Positions 36,356-45,799 of a DNA stretch of 64,000 nucleotides are shown here, one piece after another. Made by a program: the position numbers and the translations under genes. The notes under the pieces were generated by a model. It saw nothing but the letters and a program-made list of their open reading frames with translations, searched no databases and was not told the DNA's origin. This DNA is from Candidatus Woesearchaeota archaeon (lineage in GTDB: Archaea; Nanobdellota; Nanobdellia; Pacearchaeales; GW2011-AR1), in contig CAZTCF010000003.1 of assembly GCA_964612685.1 (NCBI GenBank), forward strand, positions 3,685-67,684. The letters are read 5' to 3'. The stretch's first letter is position 1, and each line of letters opens with the position of its first letter.

Positions 36356-36949
36356 ATGAAAAATAGTAAAACTCTAGCACTTTTTTTATGTTTTACATTA
36401 ATCTTAGGTTTATCTTTTGCAGTTGCAGAAGGAGACAAGATAGGAAAAAACAATTCCAATGAAAAGAGTCTAAATATATTGAAAAGATCAAATTACGGTT
36501 CTTGTGTATCCGACCAAACAAAAGTAAAAAATTCCTGCTATAAACAAGAAAAAACCTCCTACAAAAATTGTGCTTCAAATGTTAAAGAGAAATATAAAAA
36601 CCAGGAAATAACAAACAAAACACAAATAAAAAATATGAAAACAGAATGTAGAAATGACTACAAACAAAAAATGAATCAATGCAAATCCTCTTTCAAATCC
36701 AATAAAGAAAATTGCGAGTCCTTAAAGCCTGATGTATTAACTTCAGAAAGTTGCACTGCTGGGGGAGGAAGATGGAACGAATGTGGAAGCAAATGTGCAA
36801 TAAACAGCCAAGGAAAACAAGATGTTGCCTGCCCAACAGTATGTGAAACCATATGCGAGTGTGGAACAATTGTGGGTTTAACCTGTCCGTCTGGGTATAT
36901 TTGCAATATTCCAAAAAATATACCTGATGCAATGGGGTATTGTAAATAA
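36356..36949 (+). CDS. secreted Lys- and Cys-rich protein (197 aa)
   Basis: Signal peptide. C-terminal CTAGGGRWNECGSKC...CPTVCETICECG...CPSGYIC. Confidence 0.65.
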   Translation: MKNSKTLALFLCFTLILGLSFAVAEGDKIGKNNSNEKSLNILKRSNYGSCVSDQTKVKNSCYKQEKTSYKNCASNVKEKYKNQEITNKTQIKNMKTECRNDYKQKMNQCKSSFKSNKENCESLKPDVLTSESCTAGGGRWNECGSKCAINSQGKQDVACPTVCETICECGTIVGLTCPSGYICNIPKNIPDAMGYCK

Positions 36950-36981
36950 GAAATATTCAATTAAAATCTCTATAATAATCA

Positions 36982-37257
36982 ATGGGTAAAAAAAGTGGTG
37001 CTGTATTGCTTTTAGTTTTGGTTTTGGGAATAGCATTTTTTTATTGGTACTTCATAATGCGAGCTCCCTGTCAACCTTTAGGAAGGTGTGAAATAACCTC
37101 AATTGATATTGGTTGTATATCAAACACAGATTGTTACTCTGGGTCTATCCATGGGACTTGCAATTTAAATACATTAAAGTGTGTAAACTTAATATACGAT
37201 GGAAATAAAGAACAATGCTTAAACGTTGGAGGAGAATGGGTAGAATGGGGATGTTAA
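36982..37257 (+). CDS. small anchored Cys-rich protein, paralog of 47945..48283
   Basis: Shares CNL.T.KCV and the C-terminal C.NVGGE(W/F)....GC-stop with 47945..48283. Confidence 0.6.
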   Translation: MGKKSGAVLLLVLVLGIAFFYWYFIMRAPCQPLGRCEITSIDIGCISNTDCYSGSIHGTCNLNTLKCVNLIYDGNKEQCLNVGGEWVEWGC

Positions 37258-37260
37258 ACT

Positions 37261-37506
37261 ATGAAAAATAAAAAAAAGTCAAAGAAATCGAAAGATGAAG
37301 GATATGAACTTATAAAGAAGTGGGTAGCATTTGGGAATAATAAAAAGGTATTTTGGAGAATAACCCTATCAACAGTATTCCTAACCTTAATAGGAATACC
37401 GGCTATGATAAAACACGAGAATTTCCTAAAGTACTTCCTGTTAATATGGATTCTTGAGATAATATATATCTGGATGTACATATGTAATAAAAGGAAAAAC
37501 AGGTAA
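37261..37506 (+). CDS. small membrane protein (81 aa)
   Basis: Two hydrophobic helices. Confidence 0.55.
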   Translation: MKNKKKSKKSKDEGYELIKKWVAFGNNKKVFWRITLSTVFLTLIGIPAMIKHENFLKYFLLIWILEIIYIWMYICNKRKNR

Positions 37507-37593
37507 TTTTTTATTCACAACAAATTAAAAGATAGCTTCAATCTCATTTGAACCTTTCAAATTATTTATAAATAAGTTATACTTACATCTTTC

Positions 37594-38220
37594 ATGGATG
37601 AAAATCATTTTATGCTAGTATCTTTGGAAGATTCAAAATCCAAAGCAATATCTGAGGTTTTAGGAAGCAAAACCTGCAAAAAAGTGATAGGATATTTATC
37701 CGAAAGAAAAGAGGCAAGCCAAAAAGATTTATCTGATGCGCTTAACATACCTATGAATACTCTGGATTACAATATAAAAAAACTTGTAGAATCGGGGTTT
37801 ATTCAAAAAAGAAATAATTTTTTCTGGAGTAAAAAAGGAAAAAAAATAGTTATGTATGAATTATCCAACAAATCAATTGTAATTTCTCCAAAAAAATCTG
37901 CTTCTCAAAAGTTCAAATCAATTCTCCCTGCCTTTATTTTAACAGCCGCTGGAACTTTTGCAGTATGGGTTTATGAAAAAATAAGATATGCTGGAAATTA
38001 TGTTACAGAAAATGTTGTTACATCTCCGGCAAGAGATTATGTAGAGGAATATCCACAAGAAATATTATTAAAAGGAGCAGAAGTCGTAACCAGCACAGGA
38101 ACTTCATCAGACTACTCATCTTTAATGGCTTCTGCTCCAATTTCATTATGGCCATGGTTCCTAGCAGGTGCCCTTATAATAATATTTTCACTTACAATAG
38201 TAAATTGGAAAAAACTTTAA
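37594..38220 (+). CDS. ArsR-type winged-helix regulator with C-terminal TM helices
   Basis: KTCKKVIGYLSERKEASQKDLSDALNIPMNTLDYNIKKLVESGFIQKR, followed by two hydrophobic segments. Confidence 0.75.
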   Translation: MDENHFMLVSLEDSKSKAISEVLGSKTCKKVIGYLSERKEASQKDLSDALNIPMNTLDYNIKKLVESGFIQKRNNFFWSKKGKKIVMYELSNKSIVISPKKSASQKFKSILPAFILTAAGTFAVWVYEKIRYAGNYVTENVVTSPARDYVEEYPQEILLKGAEVVTSTGTSSDYSSLMASAPISLWPWFLAGALIIIFSLTIVNWKKL

Positions 38221-38263
38221 TTTGTATAATAATATAGATGAAAGGAGGGAAAAAATAAAAACA

Positions 38264-39025
38264 ATGGGAAAAAACAATGCAATTGCAATAACTTCTATAA
38301 TAGCTGGAGTTGTATTAATAATTGCAATCCTCGCTTTAGTTGTATTTAATCCAGTTCAATCTTCTGGAAAAACAGTAACACAAACAGGGACCTCTAATAT
38401 TAAGGTAATGCCAGATTTAGTTACAGTTTATTTCAATATTGAAACAAAGGGAAATACAAGCTCTGAAGCCACAAAGGCAAACAATGAAATATATGAAGAT
38501 TTAATTGAAGAGATCATCATGGCAGGATTCGATAAAGAAGATGTTAAAACTCAAAGCTTCAACGTTTATCCTTATACCTATTGGGATGAAAAAGAAAGAA
38601 AAAGTAAAACAGAAGGATATACAGCAAACCATTATTTATGGGTTGAACTCTCTTCAGAAGAGATGGACGAAGTATCGTCTGTCATTGATGCTGGAGTTGA
38701 AGCAGGAGCAGGAATAAGTTATATAAATTTTGAGTTAACAGAAGAATCTCAAAAAGAGTATAAAACCCAGGCTCTCAAACAAGCTTCAGAAGATGCAAAA
38801 ATAAAATCGGAAGCTATAGCATCTGGATTTGGAAAGGAATTAGGAGAACTTATATCTGTACAAACAGGTGACTTTGGATATTATCCTTGGAACGTTTACA
38901 CTGCTAGCAGTGGAATGGCTTACAGAGAAGAAGATGTTGCCATGGCAAAAGAGGCAGCAATAAACATACAACCAGGTGAACAAGAAGTAAGTGCATCAAT
39001 AACCGCAACTTTCAAGCTAAAGTAA
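38264..39025 (+). CDS. SIMPL/DUF541-like (BP26-like) secreted protein
   Basis: Anchor, then I.VMPDLVTVYFNIETKG..SSEA and a C-terminal I.PGEQEVSASITATFKL pattern. The ATG at 38264 is preceded by AAGGAGGG. Confidence 0.7.
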   Translation: MGKNNAIAITSIIAGVVLIIAILALVVFNPVQSSGKTVTQTGTSNIKVMPDLVTVYFNIETKGNTSSEATKANNEIYEDLIEEIIMAGFDKEDVKTQSFNVYPYTYWDEKERKSKTEGYTANHYLWVELSSEEMDEVSSVIDAGVEAGAGISYINFELTEESQKEYKTQALKQASEDAKIKSEAIASGFGKELGELISVQTGDFGYYPWNVYTASSGMAYREEDVAMAKEAAINIQPGEQEVSASITATFKLK

Positions 39026-39075
39026 ATTTTTTATTTTTTTATTTATTATTTTAGCTTTTTCTCTTTTTAAAATAT

Positions 39076-39104
39076 AAAAAAGATGGACGCGACGTCCATT
39101 TTTA
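39076..39104. terminator. bidirectional terminator-like hairpin AAAAAG-ATGGACG-CGA-CGTCCAT-TTTTA
   Basis: Perfect 7-bp GC-containing stem flanked by an A-run and a T-run, between convergent genes (ends at 39025 and 39214). Confidence 0.5.
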
Positions 39105-39213
39105 AATTAAAAAAAATAAGAATAGATTATTCTTATTCAGAATTAAAAGTACAACCTGAACCTTTCATTTGAGAACGTCTTCCTTTCTCAAGGCCCATGG
39201 TATTCTTTCCCAT

Positions 39214-39570
39214 TTATTCTCTAAGTTCTTGCGCAGTTTCATAATCTCCAGATTGCATTGCTTCTTGAACTTGTTCTCTTAATTGTTGATATTCACCTTG
39301 GTTGTATTCCATATTCTGATGTCTTTCAACAAGAAAATTGAAGTTCTCTTCTGTCAATTGAGATTGCATAAGATTCTTCCAAGTTGCAAAATCTTTAGCT
39401 TCGATTGCTTTTTGCAATTCATCATGGAAAGCCTGAGCTTCTAATTGCTCTTCTTCAGTTAAATCCTGATTCATACCCTTTCCAAAACCAAATGGAAAAG
39501 CAGCAACAAGACTAACTCCCAAAAGAGCTATTATTGAAAAAGCCAAAACTCCAGCAGTTATTTTTTTCAT
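39214..39570 (-). CDS. secreted helical Gln/Glu-rich protein (118 aa)
   Basis: Signal peptide (GVLAFSIIALLGVSLVAA). AGGAGGAAT SD upstream. Confidence 0.65.
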   Translation of the reverse strand: MKKITAGVLAFSIIALLGVSLVAAFPFGFGKGMNQDLTEEEQLEAQAFHDELQKAIEAKDFATWKNLMQSQLTEENFNFLVERHQNMEYNQGEYQQLREQVQEAMQSGDYETAQELRE

Positions 39571-39708
39571 GTTTAAATTCCTCCTTACAAGGTATTGTAC
39601 TTTTCAAGAAAAATCCTTTTAAAAGCAAGATGGACAATAAATCCACTCCTCTTAAAAATCTTTAAATAATCAATTCAACAGATATAATAAACAGGACATA
39701 TCAACAAA

Positions 39709-40398
39709 ATGGCAGGACCTCCGATGCATAACTTAATCCAAGGAATTGGAACTGAACTTATTTACTCGTTCGTAATAATCGTATCTAGTTTAATGATTTA
39801 TTATTCAACAAAAGAAATGTACGAATTAAGTTCATACAAGGGAATAAAATATTTCAGACAGGCATTTTTATTGTTTGCAATAGCATATTTCTTTAAATCA
39901 TTCATAAAAATACTGCTTGTTTACTTTGGAACTTCAAGAATACTGGATATTAATATAAGATATATGGGTTCAATAACCCTGTTTATGTTTATGTTTTTTG
40001 GATCCCTAGCCGTATTCTATTTAGTACATAGTTTAATGTGTAAGAAATGGAATAAAAAATCAGAGATAGTATTGGGAGTATTTTACATGATATCAATACT
40101 AATTTCGTTTATTATAATAAATACCCGGGAGATTTGGGTGTTTATTGGAGCAAGTTTGTTTATTCTTGCTATAGCAATATTTGGATTATATTTAACACAC
40201 AAACAATCCAAGGAAAAGAAGAAAAAAGGAAGTATGCATCTAATTTACACCCTGCTATTTTTATTTTGGATATTAAATATAATTGATGTACTTATACAAA
40301 TCCCTTCCTACTTTTATCAGATATCTCTTTACCTTGCATCAATTGGAATATTTTTAACTATACTCTATAAAGTTCTCAAAAAAACAGGTTCAAACTAA
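39709..40398 (+). CDS. multi-pass membrane protein (229 aa)
   Basis: Six or seven hydrophobic helices. Confidence 0.65.
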   Translation: MAGPPMHNLIQGIGTELIYSFVIIVSSLMIYYSTKEMYELSSYKGIKYFRQAFLLFAIAYFFKSFIKILLVYFGTSRILDINIRYMGSITLFMFMFFGSLAVFYLVHSLMCKKWNKKSEIVLGVFYMISILISFIIINTREIWVFIGASLFILAIAIFGLYLTHKQSKEKKKKGSMHLIYTLLFLFWILNIIDVLIQIPSYFYQISLYLASIGIFLTILYKVLKKTGSN

Positions 40399-40399
40399 A

Positions 40400-40672
40400 A
40401 TGAAAAAACGTGGAAGACTAGAAATAATAAGAGATATTCTTAAGGTAATTCAAGAAAACAGAAATTCAATAAGACAAACCCCTCTTATAAGAAAATCAAA
40501 TATTTCAACATCAAAATTTAAAGAATACTTTAAAGAACTTTTAGAAAAAGGATTTGTAAAAGAAATAAAGGGGGATTCAGGAGAAAGAAAGGTTACATTA
40601 ACTCCAAAGGGATTTAATTTTCTAGAAAAATACAAGACCATAGTTAATTTCATTGAAGAATTCGAATTATAA
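40400..40672 (+). CDS. small winged-helix DNA-binding protein
   Basis: 90 aa. RLEIIRDILKVI...SIRQTPLIRKSNISTSKFKEYFKELLEKGFVKE...LTPKG is typical of archaeal wHTH proteins. Confidence 0.7.
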   Translation: MKKRGRLEIIRDILKVIQENRNSIRQTPLIRKSNISTSKFKEYFKELLEKGFVKEIKGDSGERKVTLTPKGFNFLEKYKTIVNFIEEFEL

Positions 40673-40683
40673 CTCCAAAGAGA

Positions 40684-41289
40684 TTACTTTTTCTTAACTT
40701 TTTTATTTTTTTCTTTAGATTTACCCCTTACTGCCTTCTCAATATTATTAAATACCTTCTTAGTTTCATCCTTAAATCCTTTCAATAACGAATCCTCTTC
40801 CTTAATTTTCTTTTTGACACTCTCCTTTTTAACTTTACCTTCAATCTTTTCTTTAGGTTCACTCTCCCTTTTATTATTTTCTTCAACAAAAATAATAAGA
40901 TATCCAATTATCAAAGTTATAAAGAATACATATACATACAAATTGTAAGACAATATTCTTTCCAGAGTACTAAAGTAAAAAAATGTCTGAGAAAATTCTA
41001 AAATTCTATAAAAAAGATTCAATATGAAAACCCCTAGTGCCCCAGAAGATACTGGTGCAAGAAGATTTAAGGGAAAGGGAAAATTCCAAAGAAGACTAGT
41101 TATCATCCCAACCAAAAAAAGTATGAAAAATAAACCTAAAAGTGAAGTAAGAAAATCAACTATTCTGATATAGGTATTATTGTGTATTGAAGATAGAAGC
41201 ACATTTAAGATAATCAAAACCACGATTAAAACAACAAAATTAACCATAGAGCGTAAAACTATTTTTAATGAAGAATTTTTTCCTGTCAT
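40684..41289 (-). CDS. membrane protein with a Lys-rich C-terminus (201 aa)
   Basis: Four hydrophobic helices. It follows the DUF2207 gene by 2 nt. Confidence 0.6.
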   Translation of the reverse strand: MTGKNSSLKIVLRSMVNFVVLIVVLIILNVLLSSIHNNTYIRIVDFLTSLLGLFFILFLVGMITSLLWNFPFPLNLLAPVSSGALGVFILNLFYRILEFSQTFFYFSTLERILSYNLYVYVFFITLIIGYLIIFVEENNKRESEPKEKIEGKVKKESVKKKIKEEDSLLKGFKDETKKVFNNIEKAVRGKSKEKNKKVKKK

Positions 41290-41291
41290 TT

Positions 41292-42977
41292 TTATCTACC
41301 TCCACCTCCTCCACCACCTGCTCCTCCACCACCTGCTCCTCCAAAACCTCCACCACCTGCTCCACCCGAAGCACTGGAAAAACTAGCTGAGGAAGCAAGA
41401 ATAACTCCATTATACATACTAACTTGCCTATCATTAATCAAATTATTAGCTTGAAGTTCTTTAATCACTTTATCTGGGACACCAAGAGCAGTAGCATAAA
41501 CAAGATACTCATTCCACATAACAACCGTCTTATGTGTTGCGGTTCTTATTGAAAAAGAATTCTTAAGATATCTTCTAAAGGACTTCCATTTCTGATATTC
41601 AATATAATGATTTTCTTTGTATTTAGAAAATAATGTTCCTTGAGTTAAAGGAATTGTAAAAAAAGATACAAGAAAAAACATAACGTATATTAAATCCAAA
41701 TAATCCATACCAGTATTAAGATTAGACCTAAGAATAAATGCAAAAAAACCAGATAAAATTAAAATAAGAATAACAATTCCAGAATTATTATGTAAGTATT
41801 TTTTACCTTCACTTTGAACATAATTTCTAACCTCTAAAAAATCACTTGACAATTCAGAATTCATCATAGAAATTTTAAGGTTAAAATACTCCCCATCAAA
41901 AGATTTTTCTTTTTGTTTAGAGGTTAAACCTCCAAGCAATAATCCTTTTTTAGATTTAGCTTTAAGTAATTTTTCAGCTTCTCCAAGAAGATTATATATT
42001 TTTCTTTCTAAAGTATCTCCTTCAAACTTGTTTAATTTAATATAAATCTCCTTATCTTTTTCTTTTATATCAATTATTTTTTTATTATAAAAATTTAAAA
42101 GTGTAGCGGCAAAAAAGTTTTTACCAATCCTTGAAAAAGGAGGATTGAAATAAGCAGCAACTTCCCAAAAAATTCTTTTACTTGGAAATGAACTTAATTC
42201 CTTAGGTATTTGTTCATAAGTGTTTTCTTTTCCAAAAATAAACCATACTAAAAAAAAGAAAATTCCTGGAAATAAAAAAAGAAGAAATTTTATTTTATAT
42301 TTAAGATTTGAATCAAATTCAAATTTATCTTTTTCAATTATATTAAAACCAGATATATCTCCAGAGTAAGGAATATATAAAATAACATTTTGATTTTCAA
42401 GATACCTCTCATCTTTTACAACCTCTCCATATATCTCAAAATTTTCATTTGTAAGTTTTATATGATTTCCAGGAGAGTACGCCACAAACTTAATGTAATA
42501 CTTACCCTCAACCATGAACAAATTCTCTGGGTGAATTTCATAATCTGCATTAATAGTGTATTCTTGATTTTCTAAAAAACCCAACTCGTTTCCAAATGTG
42601 CACCCATATTCATTGTTTTCAGTATAAAGATAAATGTTAGGATAAGAATTTCCATAATAATCTTTAAAATAATAATTTCCACTAGAACACTCAACCCCCT
42701 TAATAAGAAGATAATTTTCTGAATAAATATGGGAACTATTAAAAGAATATATCTCGCTTTCAAAACCTCTATATAAAGTATGATAAGGTTTATCCGGCTT
42801 GTAATGCAGCTCTTCTTGTATATTTTGCCCATCAACTACAATTTTTGAAGAATAAAAATTAAATTCAGAACTTCCTCCAAGAAACATCAATAAAACCCCT
42901 CCTAAAAGAAGGATAAATGTGACTATTAAAACAATTGGCAATTCTGGATTAACTCCAACCCCTTTAAATTTTCCCAT
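41292..42977 (-). CDS. DUF2207-like membrane protein with a poly-Gly C-terminal tail
   Basis: N-terminal TM, a large extracytoplasmic domain, central TMs, and a C-terminal SASGGAGGGGFGGAGGGGAGGGGGGGR. Confidence 0.75.
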   Translation of the reverse strand: MGKFKGVGVNPELPIVLIVTFILLLGGVLLMFLGGSSEFNFYSSKIVVDGQNIQEELHYKPDKPYHTLYRGFESEIYSFNSSHIYSENYLLIKGVECSSGNYYFKDYYGNSYPNIYLYTENNEYGCTFGNELGFLENQEYTINADYEIHPENLFMVEGKYYIKFVAYSPGNHIKLTNENFEIYGEVVKDERYLENQNVILYIPYSGDISGFNIIEKDKFEFDSNLKYKIKFLLFLFPGIFFFLVWFIFGKENTYEQIPKELSSFPSKRIFWEVAAYFNPPFSRIGKNFFAATLLNFYNKKIIDIKEKDKEIYIKLNKFEGDTLERKIYNLLGEAEKLLKAKSKKGLLLGGLTSKQKEKSFDGEYFNLKISMMNSELSSDFLEVRNYVQSEGKKYLHNNSGIVILILILSGFFAFILRSNLNTGMDYLDLIYVMFFLVSFFTIPLTQGTLFSKYKENHYIEYQKWKSFRRYLKNSFSIRTATHKTVVMWNEYLVYATALGVPDKVIKELQANNLINDRQVSMYNGVILASSASFSSASGGAGGGGFGGAGGGGAGGGGGGGR

Positions 42978-42993
42978 TTTTGAATATGATTAA

Positions 42994-44169
42994 TTATTTC
43001 CTTTGAACAATAACATTCTTTTTTGTTCTCTTTTCCAAAGTTAAGAGTTTCTCTTTTCCAGTAACCATGTCCTTAACCTTAAACTTCTTTTTTTTAACTT
43101 CTTCTGCTCCTACAAATATAACCTGTTTTATATTCCAAGAATTTGCATACTCTAATGCTTTACTTGGTTTACCATAATAAATAGATGCTGCATCCCCTTT
43201 ATCTCTCAACATACTTGCAATTTTTATTGCCTGTTTATCCTCATTCAAAGAAACAATAAGCACACTATTTTTTGTGAAATTAAAGTTTGAAAGCATAGCA
43301 AGCCTGTCTAAACCTAAACTTATCCCTGTACACTGAACCCCATTAAATTCATAACTCCCTCCCCCACAAATACTCTCTCTCATTTTATCTGTCCTTATTT
43401 CAAAAACAGTTCCATTATAGTAACTTAATCCTCTAGCAAGAGAAGGAGTGAATTTTGCTTCAACCCCATATATAGAAAGATATTCTTGAAATTCTTTAAC
43501 TTCTTTATAAGATTCATATTTCAAAAAATAATTTTCTGGTTTCTTGAATATTTCAAGAACTTTTTCAGCATTATATTTCTTAAGATTTCCTTTAACTTCC
43601 TTTTCAGGCAATTTATCTAACTTGTCAATCTCCTTTATGACATTAACCTTATCCTTTTCATTAACTCCTTCTTTCTCCAATACTTCATTTAACAATTTTC
43701 TATTATTAAAATATATCACAAACTTAATTCCTATTTTGCTTAATATCTCTCTTGCAATAGATAAGATTTCAACCTCATCTCTTACCTTGCTTCCTACCAC
43801 ATCAATATCGCACTGAAGAATTTGCCTAACCCGATTACTATTTACAGGCTCATCTCTGAAAACCTCTCCAATTTGATATCTCTTATAAGGTAATTTCTTA
43901 CCTTGCATGAGCCTTTTCAATTGAAATGTAAATTCGTATCTTAAAGCCAAATCCCTCTCACCCTTATCTTTCAACTTGAAAATATCACTTACAGCTTCAT
44001 CCTGCTTGTTTTCTCCCTGAACGAATTCCCTATACTCAATTAAAGGGGTCTCTGCAGACTCAAAACCATATCTTTCAAAAGTATCCACTAGTATTTTCCT
44101 TATCTCGGCCCTTTTACGAGCTTCTTCTCCTGTGTAATCCTTGAATCCTTTAACAGTCTCTATTGTCAT
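42994..44169 (-). CDS. hisS: histidyl-tRNA synthetase (compact, 391 aa)
   Basis: VKGFKDY, YKRYQIGEVFRDEP, RQILQCDIDVVG, and a C-terminal anticodon-binding-like domain. Confidence 0.8.
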   Translation of the reverse strand: MTIETVKGFKDYTGEEARKRAEIRKILVDTFERYGFESAETPLIEYREFVQGENKQDEAVSDIFKLKDKGERDLALRYEFTFQLKRLMQGKKLPYKRYQIGEVFRDEPVNSNRVRQILQCDIDVVGSKVRDEVEILSIAREILSKIGIKFVIYFNNRKLLNEVLEKEGVNEKDKVNVIKEIDKLDKLPEKEVKGNLKKYNAEKVLEIFKKPENYFLKYESYKEVKEFQEYLSIYGVEAKFTPSLARGLSYYNGTVFEIRTDKMRESICGGGSYEFNGVQCTGISLGLDRLAMLSNFNFTKNSVLIVSLNEDKQAIKIASMLRDKGDAASIYYGKPSKALEYANSWNIKQVIFVGAEEVKKKKFKVKDMVTGKEKLLTLEKRTKKNVIVQRK

Positions 44170-44645
44170 TTTCTATTTCCTCGGTTTATGTGATCTTCCT
44201 TGGCTTTTTTCTTATTAAGTTTAAGCCTTCTTCTAAAAGATTCTTTTTCAAGTTTCTTTAAAAGCTTTCTGACTTTTCCCATTATTCTAATAATTTTTCT
44301 TTCTATTAAATCTTTTCCATCACCATGCTCTAAATCTCTTATTCTCCAAACAATAACCCTTCCTTTAAAAGTAGTATAAAAAACTTCTTTAGGAACATTG
44401 TCCGCAACAATAACAACCAGATCTATTTTTTTCAACAACTCTATCTCCATCCCCTTAGGCCTTCCAGAAATATCAATGCCCAATTTTTTTGCCATGCTTA
44501 CTTCTGTTCTATTAAGAGGATAATCTCCGATTATAACCCCTCTGCTAAATGCCTTAAAATTATTATTCTTATTAATTTTATTGAAATATGCTTCAGCTAC
44601 CCTGCTTCTAAATCGATTATATTTACAAACAAAAAGTATTCTCAT
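44166..44645 (-). CDS. low-molecular-weight phosphotyrosine phosphatase / ArsC-like protein
   Basis: MRILFVCKYNRFRS gives the C-x5-R-S P-loop. Start moved to this ATG. Confidence 0.75.
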   Translation of the reverse strand: MRILFVCKYNRFRSRVAEAYFNKINKNNNFKAFSRGVIIGDYPLNRTEVSMAKKLGIDISGRPKGMEIELLKKIDLVVIVADNVPKEVFYTTFKGRVIVWRIRDLEHGDGKDLIERKIIRIMGKVRKLLKKLEKESFRRRLKLNKKKAKEDHINRGNRK

Positions 44646-44805
44646 CTCCCCTCTTTTCATAGAACAACCAAGAAAAATCAATATAAAAACCTTACACTTA
44701 TATGGAATAATTATTAATAATCTAAAACATCATAAAACAATGTTCAACTGATAACCTACTTACTATGAATGATTTCAAACAAATTAAAAATATCTGATAA
44801 TAACC

Positions 44806-45792
44806 TTAAAGTAATCCTTCTTTTATAATTTCATCCCAAGATTTTTCACCAAGTGCTACCAATGCTTCTTTAAAAGTAATTAAGGGTTTTCTGTATTTTG
44901 CAAAGTCATCTATTGCAATCCTTGGACAAGCTAATTCAACAAATCCTTCAATATCATAAAAGTTAATTAGTTTGTCTGGAGAAAATTCACTTATAGTTAT
45001 CAAAACAACTTCTTTACCCGCTTTCTTGAATTTATCCATTAATAATTTATAAGACCCAAACTGCTGCCCTTGTTTAACCCCCATAATTATTCCTATCTTT
45101 TTAGCTTCTTTGAATTTTTCAACAGATAAAATTCTCTGTCTTAATATCTTGTCTTTAACTCCCTTCATACTTTTTACTTCATTGTTATAAACATCAATTA
45201 AGAATACAGTTTTATCAACCGCGAGAGCTGCTCCCATAGAATGAAAATTATTTCCAACCACAACAAAACAATCGACTTTATCTTCTATATCTTTAAGCCC
45301 AAGATATTGACATCCAACAACCTGACCTTCATTAAAGATATTACCTTTTTTAGTTGAAAGTATTACTTGCTTTTTATTGTCCTTATAAAATTTTAGAACC
45401 TTATCAGCTTCATACAAATGTTGAACAGACAAACTCAACCCTATTCGTTTAAAATCTTTTAATTCTTTCAAGGATTTCTTTAATAAAGGAGTTAAATCAA
45501 GTTCATCCTTAATTGGGATATAAATAACAGGAAAATCGGCCTTCATAAATTCAGAATGACCAAAATGAACAATCAAATCTGCTTTAACCGCCTTGGCTTC
45601 ATCAACTGCAACAAAACATCCTCCCCAACAGGTTTCGCCTGAAAAAACAACATCTATATTCAATTCCTGAAATGTCTTCAATAAATCAAAAGCATTTTGT
45701 TTAACCCCCTCCGGAAGTTGAATTAAGACCCTCTTAGGTCTAAGTCTCTTCAATTCCCTTCTCAATTTTTCAATTTCAAAATTTAATGTCAT
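44806..45792 (-). CDS. dph2: diphthamide synthesis protein Dph2 (radical-SAM-type 2-(3-amino-3-carboxypropyl)histidine synthase)
   Basis: PKRVLIQLPEGVK..., GETCWGGCFVAVDEA, LACPRIAIDD. Start at MTLNFEIEK removes the overlap with trxB. Confidence 0.85.
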   Translation of the reverse strand: MTLNFEIEKLRRELKRLRPKRVLIQLPEGVKQNAFDLLKTFQELNIDVVFSGETCWGGCFVAVDEAKAVKADLIVHFGHSEFMKADFPVIYIPIKDELDLTPLLKKSLKELKDFKRIGLSLSVQHLYEADKVLKFYKDNKKQVILSTKKGNIFNEGQVVGCQYLGLKDIEDKVDCFVVVGNNFHSMGAALAVDKTVFLIDVYNNEVKSMKGVKDKILRQRILSVEKFKEAKKIGIIMGVKQGQQFGSYKLLMDKFKKAGKEVVLITISEFSPDKLINFYDIEGFVELACPRIAIDDFAKYRKPLITFKEALVALGEKSWDEIIKEGLL

Positions 45793-45799
45793 ATAAAGA

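Noticed and set aside
39133-39213. 26-aa ORF (MGKNTMGLEKGRRSQMKGSGCTFNSE) starting right after the stop of 39214..39570
   Set aside because: It is very short, has no SD and no recognisable feature. It cannot be supported from sequence alone.
41180-41434. ORFs 41180..41386 (+) and 41240..41434 (-), and the tandem CCTCCACCACCTGCT DNA repeats
   Set aside because: The repeats are the GGx codons of the poly-Gly tail of the DUF2207-like protein. The overlapping ORFs are artefacts of that low complexity.
44682-44805. C/D-box sRNA in the intergenic gap (TGAATGA and CTGA elements)
   Set aside because: There is no exact RUGAUGA C box, and the spacing between candidate C and D boxes is too short (about 25 nt).
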